A program made the position numbers and the translations under genes. The notes below the pieces were generated by a model. It was not told the origin of the DNA. It made no database searches and saw nothing but the letters and a program-made list of their open reading frames with translations. Below, in pieces: positions 1 through 10,929 of a DNA stretch of 64,000 bases (the first letter of the stretch is position 1; each line of letters opens with the position of its first letter). Source of the DNA: Zygnema circumcarinatum SAG 698-1b (Eukaryota > Plantae > Zygnematophyceae); contig CM074805.1 in the NCBI GenBank assembly GCA_037447605.1, forward strand, positions 3,381,361 to 3,445,360, in the 5' to 3' direction.

Positions 1-498
1 GCCGTACAAAACCTCCGTACGGCCATACGGCTTGGTCGTACGGATCCGTACGCACCTGTACAAAGGGAACGGATGCTACGGATGGTACGGATGGTACGGA
101 CTGTCGGCGACTTTTCGGCGCGACATGTCGCGTTCGTCAAGGGCGCGCGACCCAACCTCGTGCGGCGTGACTCGTCGTGTACGTACATTGGAATTGGCTA
201 GCGGCAATGAAAGGTCGTTGACTTTTCCAATGTTGGCCACATGGCATTTTGCTATTGGCTAGCCCTGCTCCCGGTCCCTCACGCTGGTAGAGGGTTCGAC
301 GAAGGGAGCGTATAAGGGGCGTGGAGCGTATGCAAGAGTATTAGGGATGCGGCACTTGCATACACTCTGGAAACCAGCATTACTCATTCATGTGACTTAG
401 TCTCTAGCAGGTTTTGGGCTTTGTGTTCAAGGCTTGTTACAATACTCAAGTGATTTCCGCTAGCAAGCTGGGAGCATTTGGGCTCACGGCTTGTTACA
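1..498 (+). mobile_element. Gypsy group-A-related LTR (3' LTR or solo LTR, left end outside window)
   Basis: Shares the block GCCCTGCTCCC..ACGCTGGTA.AGGGTTCGACG..GGGAGCGT with the LTR at ~32274-32511 (minus) and resembles 4450-4490. Ends GGCTTGTTACA (motif at 431-441 and 488-498). No PBS follows. Confidence 0.55.
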
Positions 499-817
499 CA
501 ATCTATCTATCTCTGACAGTAAATCCTGAGTCCTAGTAGTGACGGTCTCTGATTGGCCAACTGACCACTGAGTGGCCTGGCTGACTATGTGGAGCCTTAT
601 GATAGGTCAACTAATAACTATCGGCGGCTAATTGCGGCGCTCCGAGTGCGCCTTGCTGGATGATGTGCTGTTCCGTGGGCCGCCAACACATGGTACTGCC
701 TTCTCGCATCCTCCGTTGGCAGCTCCTGGATTCTGCTTATCCGTGATTCTGAAGAGGCATGTATCAAGTACAACTGAACTGGCGCGGATCCGTCGAGCGC
801 AGCTCCACTACGCTACA
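499..817 (-). mobile_element. Gypsy family B LTR, 5' portion (starts TGTAGCGTAGTGGAGC at 817), interrupted by the LTR at 1-498
   Basis: Near-identical to 29297-29451 (minus, upstream of family B gag) and 23388-23548 (plus). Confidence 0.6.
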
Positions 818-2858
818 TCTGTAGCACATGCGGGGGGGGGAAAACAAGCGCACGCCCCGGCGGGCGCAATGAAGAAGAGAAGAAGGGAAGTGGAGTAGAC
901 ACTGATAATGGGGACGGAGGCAGCGGTGGGCGAGACGGTGGCCGTGGGGAGAAGCTCCCGCGTACATTCGTCAATGGGGAGGAGTGGCATGATCGCACTG
1001 CGAAAGCGCTACATGGGGCCCTGGAAGGAGGAGAGAGTCTGGAGTGTCCACAACGGAAGGAGGTGAAAGGAACTGGGGCTGCAGAGCAGAACGTCAGGTA
1101 GATGAACAGAAAGGGGAAGCGGTGGAAGTGGGGCAAGGGAAGTGGATGGAGCAAGAGGGAGAGGACTGTAGTGGGAGGAGAAGAGGAGAGCAACTGAGGT
1201 GGGGAGAGGAGGCTAGACTAAGGAATGCGGAGATTCAGAATTGATGCGATGCTGCAAGGATGGAAGGCTTGAAGTGAGAGGACAATCAGGGAGAAACTGA
1301 AAAAAAGGGGGGGGCAGAATAAGCAGGCTAGAATTCAGAACCGAATTGGGAGGGAGAGGAGCAAGAGCTGAGCTGGTGGGGTAGGGCACCGTGGCGAGTG
1401 GGAGGAATTCGAAATCGAAAGGTACGACAGGCTGGCGAAATGTTGGCGAAGTGGCAAAAAAGGGCGGGAAGTAGAAATGGACCAATAAGGAGTCGTCATC
1501 GCAGGGGGGGTACGGAGGAGACCGCGCTGTCGGTCGCAAACAGTCAGCCAATGTGGGGGGGAGGAACGGCTGACGTGGCGGCGCGAATGTCGATCCAGTG
1601 TGAACGCCAGCGCCGGGCGTTCCCACTAGAGTCAAGGCCTTCCGAAATGATGGCCCAGCCTGGAACCTCGGACGGACCGACACAAATGAAAAGGCCCAAC
1701 CAGGGAAAAGCCCGTTGAGTTGTTTTGGCAAGATTCCTGAGCCAAATAAGCTGACGTGGCGCGACCTGATTGGGCGGGAGAGCAGCGCGTCGGCGCCTCC
1801 CAAAGTCGGTGAGTTGGCGTCTGTGCGCGCGTTCGAGTTGATGGGAGGCCATGGAATCTAGGGTTTGGAAGCGTAGGGCCAGGAGCTGAAGCTGCGTTAC
1901 CCGATCCGGGGGAGGCGCATCATCGTAGAAGAGGGGTTCAGCAGAGAGGAGGTCAAGGGGAATGCGGGGCTTACGTCCATAGAGGAGCTCGTAGGGAGAG
2001 AAGCCAGTGGAGGAGTGAACAGAGGTGTTGTAAGTGAAGACGAGGGAGGGAATGACCTCGCGCCAGTCCGCCTCCAGCTCCGCGCAGCCGCGAACGCGCG
2101 CATCTTTGACGGTCTGTATGGTACGTTCTGCAAGCCCATTCTGCCAGGGGGAGTAGGGGCTAGAGGTGCGGTGATGGATGCGAAAGTCTTGCATGAGCTT
2201 GGCAAACGCCCCCTTGTATTCTGAGCCATTGTCAGAGTGAACAAAGTAAGGGAGAGAGTGACGGTGAATGATGTCTGTCAGGAGGCGAGCAGAGTGGACT
2301 GAGTGCTTGGATTCGGTTGCGTGAACTTCCACCCATTTGGTGTATCTATCCACTGCTAAGAATACTCTAATGTATCCAGATGGGGTGCCGAGTTGTGGAA
2401 TAGAAAATGTGTCAATGTTCTAATCTTCTGCAACGCCTCGTATAGGGATCTCACCCATCTCTAGGGGTTGGCGGTCGGGGGGAGCAGAGCGCTTGCCGCG
2501 TTGACAACGTGTGCAGGTTTCGACGTATCGGCTCACCGCGCCATGGAGTCCGGGCCAATAATAACGCTCCAGCAGCATGGCGACCATCTTCTTCTAGCCA
2601 AGGTGGAATCCGCCAGGCTGGGCATCGTGGGCGACATCCAGAATCTCCATGCGCTCGTTGGGGAAAGGAACAGGAAGGCTAGAGGGGAGGTAGATAATCT
2701 GACCATCATCATCAACAAAGAAGTTCCGAGCGCGGCGGAGCAGCCGAGCCCTCTCAGTATCCGTGATAAAAGGAGGCAATGTTCGAGTCATGACGTAACG
2801 CAGAAGAGAGGAGTCAGAATGAACATCATTGGCACTAGGGAAATGGGGAGGAAGGAAG
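818..2858 (-). mobile_element. pol: Gypsy family B: integrase (1544-2790, frameshifted) plus ~700-bp pyrimidine-rich 3' region
   Basis: ORF 1544-2353 contains the rve core (VHSDNGSEY...SSPYSPWQNGLAERTIQTVK...YNTSVHSSTGFSPYELLYGR). The 3' region recurs at 24805-25208. Truncated by a Copia LTR at 2859. Confidence 0.88.
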
Positions 2859-3860
2859 TGTTAGTGTTAGTGTGCTATAGTTAGACATTGTATGGGTTCA
2901 CACTAACATTGTTGTGGTCCTCAGTTGGGAAACATGAGATCTGTTAGTAGTAGTCCTAGGAAATACAGTCGGGCCAAATGTCGGTGGCCCGTACGCTTTT
3001 CGGGCGCGGAGAATGTCGGTGATGTCGGCGGACCCGCGTCAGACCCTTAGTGCGGTCCGCGGACTGTGACGAGGTCAACTTCTGAGGAGGAGACCCGAGG
3101 TCGGCAACCCGCGCGGACAAGTGTGAGCAGCGGAATCGGCCCCGGCGGAGATTTAAATTAAGCGGGGCCCAGCATAAATATTATGCAACCAGCAGCGCGA
3201 ATCCAGTACATGTCTTGTATGGCGGCAGACGCTTATCTGGACAGGCGGCGGAGAATCGGCGCTTCCGAAACGAGCGACAAATTCGGATAAGAGCGGCAGG
3301 CGTACGGACGACCTAACTAGGTGGCGTGTCAAGTTTGAAGGACGCAAAGCTGGATGTTGAAACGGCGTACCGGTACGCTGAGCGCATAAGTGATGCATTG
3401 ACGCGACATCGGTCAACAAAAAGGAAGATGTCGCGTAACACGACCATGGCCGGTATATAGAGGTTTAGCTTGATTATGTAGGATAACCACATTAGACTAC
3501 TATATACCCGTGACTTACTCTGTGCCTGCTCGTGTTGCTGGGCTGCCCTGCTTGTGTCGCAAGGTAGTGAGTAAGGGGAGAAGTAGCTAGTGAGAGGGGG
3601 AGAACTTCATGTGGGTGACATTCTTATTATAAAGGAGTTTTAGAGCCGTGAGCTTTCTCCTACACTTTCTCGTGTGTGATTTCCGCTGTGCTCATCTCTG
3701 TGTTCATTCTGTGAGTTATGGGCTATGAGTGAAGTGAGATAGAGTGAGAGAAAGTGAAGATGTCTTCATCGGTGGGAACCGGAGTTCCAATGGAGGGCGA
3801 CACGCGAGGTGGCGCCGGGAGCAGTGAGCAGATCCACGTTCCAACAAGTGGTATCAGAGC
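2859..3860 (+). mobile_element. Copia family C 5' LTR (2859-3846, TGTTAG...CCAACA) plus PBS for initiator tRNA-Met (TGGTATCAGAGC, 3849-3860)
   Basis: Start matches the 3' LTR at 22421, which follows a PPT and Copia RNase H. TG..CA ends and canonical PBS. Confidence 0.88.
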
Positions 3861-3862
3861 CA

Positions 3863-4152
3863 ATGGTGGCGACGAGGACCACGTGAAGTTCAGCATTCCC
3901 GCATTCGACGGTCAAGACTACAAGGGGTGGAGATGGCGCACGGTCCCTTTGCTTTCGTGGGCAAGGGGCGTTTATGCTGGCGCTGATCACCCACAGGAGG
4001 TGTATGCCAGGGCGGCTCACGTCCCTGGTACCCTCACCGGCGGCCCGTGGCGGCGTGAGACCACCTAGGACCGGGGAAAGTCACGAGGATCCGAACAACT
4101 GCGAAGATGCGCCAAAGAGTTCGTCTGCGCAGCCCGATATCTTGAACATATA
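3863..4152 (+). pseudogene. gag: Copia gag N-terminus (degenerate), interrupted by Gypsy A
   Basis: KFSIPAFDGQDYKGWRWR resembles the Copia gag N-terminal motif and lies directly after the PBS. Confidence 0.6.
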
Positions 4153-4557
4153 TGTATAGCGTGGCGGAAGTAGCCCAGTCGAGATCCACGGAATCCCGAC
4201 CACATCTTCACCCGATTTTAGGCGTAGCGTGGCCAAAATTACAATTACAGGTTCTGGGTGGCCGGGCCGGTATCCGTCGGACCCAGCATAGAGGATCCGG
4301 CAGATGCACCAGCGTCTGTGGCCGCGCCGCGTCGCGGCGCGCGCGGGAATGCGGCGAGCGACCGTGCGTTATACACCTCGACCCGTTCGGTGAGAGAGGA
4401 AAACGTGGCGGTCTGCCATTGGACAGCCCTGCTTCCAATCCTCCATGCTGGTAGGAGGTTCGACGGGGGAAGCGTAAAGGGGCGTGGGTGACTGTCGTCA
4501 CCCAACCAACGTACCGGCATACGGTTGCACGCCCATCCCGGGCTGCTCCCCACTCTG

Positions 4558-4592
<35 letters not shown>

Positions 4593-4690
4593 CCCTCTCG
4601 ATCTGAACTCTGTTTTGCTGAGTGCTGGTTGAGTGCGATTCCGCGCAGGCTGAAGAGGCAGTTTTCAGCCGTGACATTTGGTATCAGAGC
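4153..4690 (+). mobile_element. Gypsy group A 5' LTR (4153-4676) plus PBS (TGGTATCAGAGC, 4679-4690)
   Basis: TG...GTGACA ends, internal (CT)n, PBS followed by gag. U3 part repeated at 24467-24804. Confidence 0.85.
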
Positions 4691-4729
4691 CGCGTTGCGG
4701 CCTTCTCTACCGCGAGAACCTCGTGGGTC

Positions 4730-6118
4730 ATGGTGACCACTCGCCAGGCCGGAGGGGACCCGGGGCCCTCGGGGCCGCCACCTCCACCACCTGTCCCCCG
4801 GGACGAGGTGATGGAGGAGAACTCGGNNNNNNNNNNTGAAGATGAAGAAGAAGAGGATCGACGAACTGGGAGCGGATGTAAGGCAGCAGCGCGTCGCCAC
4901 CATGGCCTGTACGAGGCAGGTGGACGACATGGAGCTCACGGTCCGCCGCCTGGTGGACACGCTCCAAATGGAGTTCCGGGGCCTTTCGGACAGGCTCCGG
5001 AGGATCGAGGAAGGTATGCCCCGAACCCCCCCTCAGGCTGTAGAGGCAGTGGATGCAGCAGGTCCTGGGGAAGGGGTTAGGCAAACCACTCCGGTAGCGT
5101 CGTCTGTCCCGACGCCCCAACCGGCTGCCGGAAGCAGCCGGCAGAAGTCCGGACCCCCTGGTTTTTCCACGGGGGGGAGTCACCCCCACGGGGGTGGCGA
5201 ACCACCCAGCAGTGGGGGACCCCGTCGGGGGCAGCTGCTGGGGGCGGAGGAGATCCCAGTCCTCGGACTGCTCCCCCGCAACCTACTGAGGATGCCCGAC
5301 GGAATCGGGCCAAGGTGGCCCCTCTTTCCTTTTGGGGCGAACATCCTACCACGGACTGCTCGATTGAGCAGTGGTTGGGTCAAACGAAGGGCTACCTTCT
5401 GGCGACCAACTGTCCCCCCCTCCAGTGGGTAAGCTTTGCTTACCCAGCACTCAGAGGAGCCGCATACCGTGTGTATGAGGGCCTCTCTGATGAGATTGGG
5501 GACGATTGGGATAAGTTCAGAGATGAACTTATCAAACACTTTGGGGCCTTGGATCCCGGCTTGGAGGCCCGGGATAAGTTTCAGAACATGGTCCAAACCG
5601 GCAGCGTCAAGCAGTTTCTGCGAGACCTGCGACAAGTGGTGCCTCAGATCACCACTCACAAGCCTGGACAGGCTGAGTTCTTTTTCCACTTCAGGAATGG
5701 CTTGAAGCCACACCTGAGGAAGCAGCTAAGAACTAACCCACGGACTCTGAAACCGTGGGACCCCGCTGACTCTGAGCTGTACTTTGATGCAGCCATTCAG
5801 TTGGACACCGCCCCTGCAGGCGATGCAGGCCCTTCCCGACCCCAGCAGAGGTCGGGCGACGTGACAGGGTCGTGGAAGGCGGGACCCTCAGCTCCTGCCA
5901 AGATGGCAGGAAAGAACAAGCGGAAGCAGCCGGAAGTGGCTGCCCGCCCACCCACTGCACGGCCGCAGAAGTTGACTCCAGAGGAAATGGAGAAGATGCA
6001 GCGGGAGAACAAGTGTTTCCGCTGCCGCAAGGAGGGGCACAAGGCCCGGGATTGCCCTCTGAACACCAAGGACAAGAAGGGCAAGGGGCCGGAAAACCCC
6101 AACCCACCAGCAGCTTAG
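4730..6118 (+). pseudogene. gag: Gypsy A gag (gap and frameshifts) with CCHC zinc knuckle
   Basis: Retrotransposon gag core (WLGQTKGYL...QTGSVKQF...FRNGLKPHL) and CFRCRKEGHKARDC. Confidence 0.9.
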
Positions 6119-6180
6119 GGGTCGTTGCTGGTGGACATGCTAGGTTAGGGGGAGGGATGGAGACTGCTGCCAGGACTAGG

Positions 6181-6580
6181 GGACATTTGTTTCTTAGAAC
6201 CTCGGACATTCTTAAATTGGTTGGCAGGCCTTTGGGAATGCACGATCTCTTTGTGTGCGATGCACTCCCTGTTTCCATTTCCCTCTCCCCTGCGACTGTA
6301 GTGACTCCTTTTGGGTTTATGGATGTAGTGATGAATGGTGATTGGCATGTCTTTATCCTCAATGTCATGGGCGATGATGTTCTCATGCAATGTGCCATGG
6401 ATGTTTTGCATGTCATGGGAAACACCTCCCATATCCTTGCGCTGCATGTGCTGGTTCCTCAGCACATGGCAGTTCGCACCTTTCCCAGAGCCACTTGGCG
6501 GTTGGTGACACAGTTGGGGAAAGAGCACACGTTGGTGCAAGAGATGGAAGGATCCACCAGCTTGCTGGTTGGCTCACCCT
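6181..6580 (+). other. Extra ~135-aa domain N-terminal to the protease in the pol frame; possible degenerate N6-adenine methyltransferase-like fold
   Basis: Open in the pol frame. Conserved at 18620-19030 (minus) and, more divergently, at ~30245-30670. The MTase resemblance is pattern-level only. Confidence 0.5.
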
Positions 6581-6657
6581 ACACATTGGTGTGGAGGACG
6601 GCTCGTCCTCAACCTTCGCATATAGTGCGATCTATGTTCCACCTTGCCCATTGTGCC

Positions 6658-9600
6658 ATGACCTTCGTCGGGTCAGCCGATGGCCACCTAGCAATTATAC
6701 TGCTAGATACTGGGGCAGATGCTAACTTTGTTAGTTCTGCATTCACCCAGAGATTTGGGTTGACCTCAGATCCCCATTCAGAAAGTGTTACTTTTGGGGA
6801 TGGACGCAAGGGCCAGACCTCTGGTAGCGTCACACTCAAGATCAAGCTCCAATCCTACTCCGGGGCAGTCAAGTGTCTTCTGACTCATCTGGCCCCTGGA
6901 ACTGATGTTATTTTGGGGAGTGCTTGGTTAACTGAGGTCAAGGCCCAATTGGACTTTTCCGTCCCACATTGCATTCTGCACAGTGGTGCCAGGCGGATTA
7001 CCCTGCACCCTGGCAGCTCCACATCCTCTGCTATCAAGCAGCCTGTTACTCCTTATCTCTGCTTGNNNNNNNNNNTTGGTGTGGAGGACGGCTCGTCCTC
7101 AACCTTCGCATATAGTGCGATCTATGTTCCACCTTGCCCATTGTGCCATGACCTTCGTCGGGTCAGCCGATGGCCACCTAGCAATTATACTGCTAGATAC
7201 TGGGGCAGATGCTAACTTTGTTAGTTCTGCATTCACCCAGAGATTTGGGTTGACCTCAGATCCCCATTCAGAAAGTGTTACTTTTGGGGATGGACGCAAG
7301 GGCCAGACCTCTGGTAGCGTCACACTCAAGATCAAGCTCCAATCCTACTCCGGGGCAGTCAAGTGTCTTCTAACACAACTGGCCTCTGGTACTGATGTTA
7401 TTTTGGGGAGTGCTTGGTTAACCATGGTCAAGGCACAAATGGACTTTTCTGTCCCACATTGCATTCTGCACAGTGGTGACAGGCGGCTTACCCTGCACCC
7501 TGGCAGAGCCACATCCGCTGCTATCAAGCAGCCTGCCACTCCTTATCTGTGCTCAGCTATGCAATTGGCCAAAGCAGTTAAGGAGGGATGCACCTTGTTC
7601 ATGGTGCATGTCATGACAGCCACTGAGGATGTTCATGACGAAGATCAGGAATGGCAGATCACATCCACGGATGTGCTCTCGGCTGTTCCATCCCAGATCC
7701 AACCTCTGTTGGATGAATTCAGGGATGTCTTCCCTGATGACCTTCCAAGAGGGTTGCCACCATCGAGAGGTGTGGGGCACACAATCCCTCTTGAGCCTGA
7801 GCAAAAGCCGCCTTGGCGGCCGATTTATCGGTTAAGCCCAAAAGAAACCGAGGAGATGCGTAAGCAATTGGCAACTTTACGTGACAAGGGCTGGATAGAA
7901 CCCAGCCAGAGCCCCTTTGGGGCGCCCATCTTGTTTGTTGGGAAAAAAGATGGCTCGTTGAGGATGTGCATTGATTATCGCGATCTCACAAGATCAATCG
8001 GAAAAATCGATTTGTTTACCACGTATTTCATGATCTGTTGGATTGCTTTCCACGGTGCTCAAAGTGTTCACATCAATTTGATTGCTGCAGGGTATCATCA
8101 GATTTGTGCCATCAGCTGTACGCCAAAAATGGCGTTTCAGCTGATTCGTCACTTCCATATAAGGTGTTGCCCTTTGGATTTGATGAATGCCTCGGCTTTC
8201 CAGGTTGCCATGACCAGAGATCCATTTGGGGACACTGCACGAGTTTGTTTCAGTTTACCTCCGACCACATCCTTGTTCTTCAGCAGACCGCAGGAGCAAC
8301 ATCCTGAAAGGTTCTCCAAAGTGTTTGAGACCCTGAGGAAACACCAGTTTTATGCCAAGAGGAAGAAGTGTCACTTTATGCAACGTGAGTTGCTCTATCT
8401 TGGGCATATCTTGAATGATCAAGGCCTTCGGCCTGATCCTGCCAAAGTTTCATCAGTAGAAACTTGGGCGCCACCGACTGACTTGCACCAATTGAGGTCT
8501 TTTCTGGGCTTTGAGAATTATTTTCGTAAGTTCATCCAAGGGTTTAGTAAATTGGTTATCTCCCTTGACTAATTTGACATGTCTTCTTTGGTGTCCCCTT
8601 TACATGGACCTGGTGGTTTGAGGACTATTTGAGGTGCGCTGCGATGTACTTGTTATATCGCAGCCACTTCTGCTACTGCCCGTCAAGCTACTGAAGTTGC
8701 TCGTGATGCTTCGGGGATTTGTTGGTGTCTGTTTTAAAGACGCTGATTTTGCCATGAAAGCTGCAAACCATCCCGCGAGCGAGCGTCCTGGAAGGAGAGC
8801 AGGCCGCTCGCAGCAGTCCACGCCCCGAGGACATGGCGGTGCCATCAGAGGGGCGAAAGCGGTCACGCTGGTCACCGCCACCGTCCGCGTCTGCGCCCTT
8901 CTGCCAACCCACAGACCTGTCGAGGCGCAGGCACCGCTGGTCTGAGTCTCCTCCAAAGGTTTGACCGCCAGCGGGTCCACCGGCCCGGAAGGCTGAAATG
9001 TAGGAGACCCACTGAGTAGGCAGCCTCGGCATCTTGCCTGGATGGTGCGCTCGTCGACTCGGGTGTTGGTGGAACGAGATGACAGAGGTGAGGGGCCGGC
9101 CAACCCCGAGTCTCCGTCTCCAGTATGCTTTGTCATAGATCCCTCCACGATGACGGAAACCAATCCTCCTGCCTTTCTCTGGGTCCACAGAGACTATTCA
9201 TGTGGGCATACTGGTGATCCTTTGTCCTGCATGGCCAGGCATGAGGATGAGGGACAAATGGTGTCAAACACTGATTCTGAGGTCCACGGCTGTAGTTGGT
9301 CGGCCCAGCCGGGACTGAGACGGCAGCTCATTTGGAGCACATGCACCCTTGATCCAGTATGCATATGGGATGGTCACCGCGAGGCAGACGTTCGAGAGTT
9401 CGGTGGCTGAGCTCCAGGATCGTGATGATACCTGTCTAACTTGTCAACGAAACAAACCCCGCACTGGCAGGATCCCTGGCCAGCTGCATCCCCTCACACC
9501 TCCTTTTCGGAAATGGGATAGTGTGGGTATGGACTTGATCACAGATCTTCCTGTGACACCTCGGGGGCATGACTCCATCCTCGTCTTTGTCGATCGGCTC

Positions 9601-10790
9601 AGCAAGATGGTGCATTTTGCACCAACTACTAAGACCGCTGGGGCCGACGAGATTGCACGGTTGTATGTTGACAAAGTGTGGAGCCAGCATGGTCTTCAGT
9701 CAGAAATTGTGTCTGACCGTGATCCACGATTCACCGGCCATTTTTGGACGGAAGTGCTCAAAATCGTTGGGACCAAGCAGGCGTTGAGTACAGCTTTCCA
9801 CCCGCAAACCGATGGCCAGACGGAACGGGTGAACAGGATCCTGGAGGATTACCTCCGGCATTATGTGGGACCTACCCCGGATGGGTGGGACGAACTGCTC
9901 CCAGTGGCAGAGTACGCCATCAATAATGCTTTCCAGGAGTCCATTGGTACCACCCCTTTCTTCTTGAACTTTGGCTACATCCTCTAAATCCCTGCAATAA
10001 GGGATTAGCCCTTGATTGCGAACATGGGCGCCCATAACCCCCACCTTGGAGCTTGGAGAAGGAATGATGGGATCTTAACCTCCGCAGCCCAGATTTTGTC
10101 CGGCTAATGTCTGAGGCGCTGCAGAGGGCACGGCAGACCCTGCTAGCGGCCCAGTCGCGACAAAAGGCCTATGCTGACCGTCACCGTACCCAACTCACCT
10201 TCAATGAGGGCGATGAGGTGTTGCTAAGTACGGCGAACTTGAGACTCAAAGCTTATGGCGGAACACGTAAGCTGTGGCCCCGCTTCATTGGGCCCTTCAG
10301 GGTCATGAAGCGCATCAATGAGGTCGCTTACCGGTTGGATTTACCAGCCCATATGAAGGTGCATCCGGTCTTTCATGTGGGGTTGCTAAAAGCCTACCGC
10401 AGCGATGGGAGGATCCAACCACCTCCCCCACCAGTGGAGCTTGAGGGTGAACTTGAGTAAGAAGTTGAAACCATTCAAGCCCACCGTATTGTGAGCAAGG
10501 GTCGCTCTTCCCGTCACGAATACCTCGTGAAGTGGTTGGGCTATGGGGTTGAACATAGCACATGGGAAGCCGAGGGCAACTTAACCAATTGCCAGGAGCT
10601 CATCAACTTGTACTGGGAGGCGCAGGCCGCAGGAGAGCGGGCGAGGGCGGCACGGGGGGTTCCTGAGCCGTTCCCGCGCAACTCGGAAAGGGACTTGACC
10701 GGGATTATCGCTGAGCCCTCCCGGTTATCACGTAGAGTTCGACGCGTGCCGTTGAAACTACGAGCTGCCTTTACTACCCCACACACGTGA
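6658..10790 (+). pseudogene. pol: Chromovirus pol: protease-RT-RNaseH-integrase-chromodomain (degenerate, error-rich 7950-9300, duplicated block across the gap at 7066-7075)
   Basis: LLDTGADANF; PSQSPFGAPILFVGKKDGSLRMCIDYR; WDSVGMDLIT...SDRD...HPQTDGQTERVNR; GPFRV..VHPVFHVGLLK; YLVKWLGYGVEHSTWEAEGNL. Confidence 0.93.
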
Positions 10791-10810
10791 ACGAGGGCGT
10801 TCACATTCTC

Positions 10811-10919
10811 ACAGGGGGGGAGTAATGTAGCGAAACGCTACAGTCACCCACGGGAGGTGTACTTAGGGCGCACTCCGTCCTAGTACTCTCACCCCGGGCG
10901 CGGGCCGAGTGGTCAAGGC
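10811..10919 (+). mobile_element. PPT (AGGGGGGGAGTAA) and start of chromovirus 3' LTR (TGTAGCGAAACGCTACA, from 10826), ending at a gap in a tRNA-like 5' half
   Basis: Follows the chromodomain. 10895-10919 reads CGGGCGCGGGCCGAGTGGTCAAGGC, a D-arm/A-box pattern. The LTR start does not match the 5' LTR at 4153. Confidence 0.75.
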
Positions 10920-10929
10920 NNNNNNNNNN

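Noticed and set aside
7076-7370. Tandem duplication of the protease region (repeats ~6586-6880)
   Set aside because: It starts exactly at a 10-N gap; most likely overlapping contig ends rather than a real double protease.
7950-9300. Apparently novel or foreign GC-rich sequence replacing RT/RNase H (ORFs 8600-9188, 8634-8945)
   Set aside because: Remnants of RT and RNase H motifs (DASG, ..GDPLSRQP) occur at the expected spacing. This is garbled pol (decay or low-quality consensus), not a captured gene.
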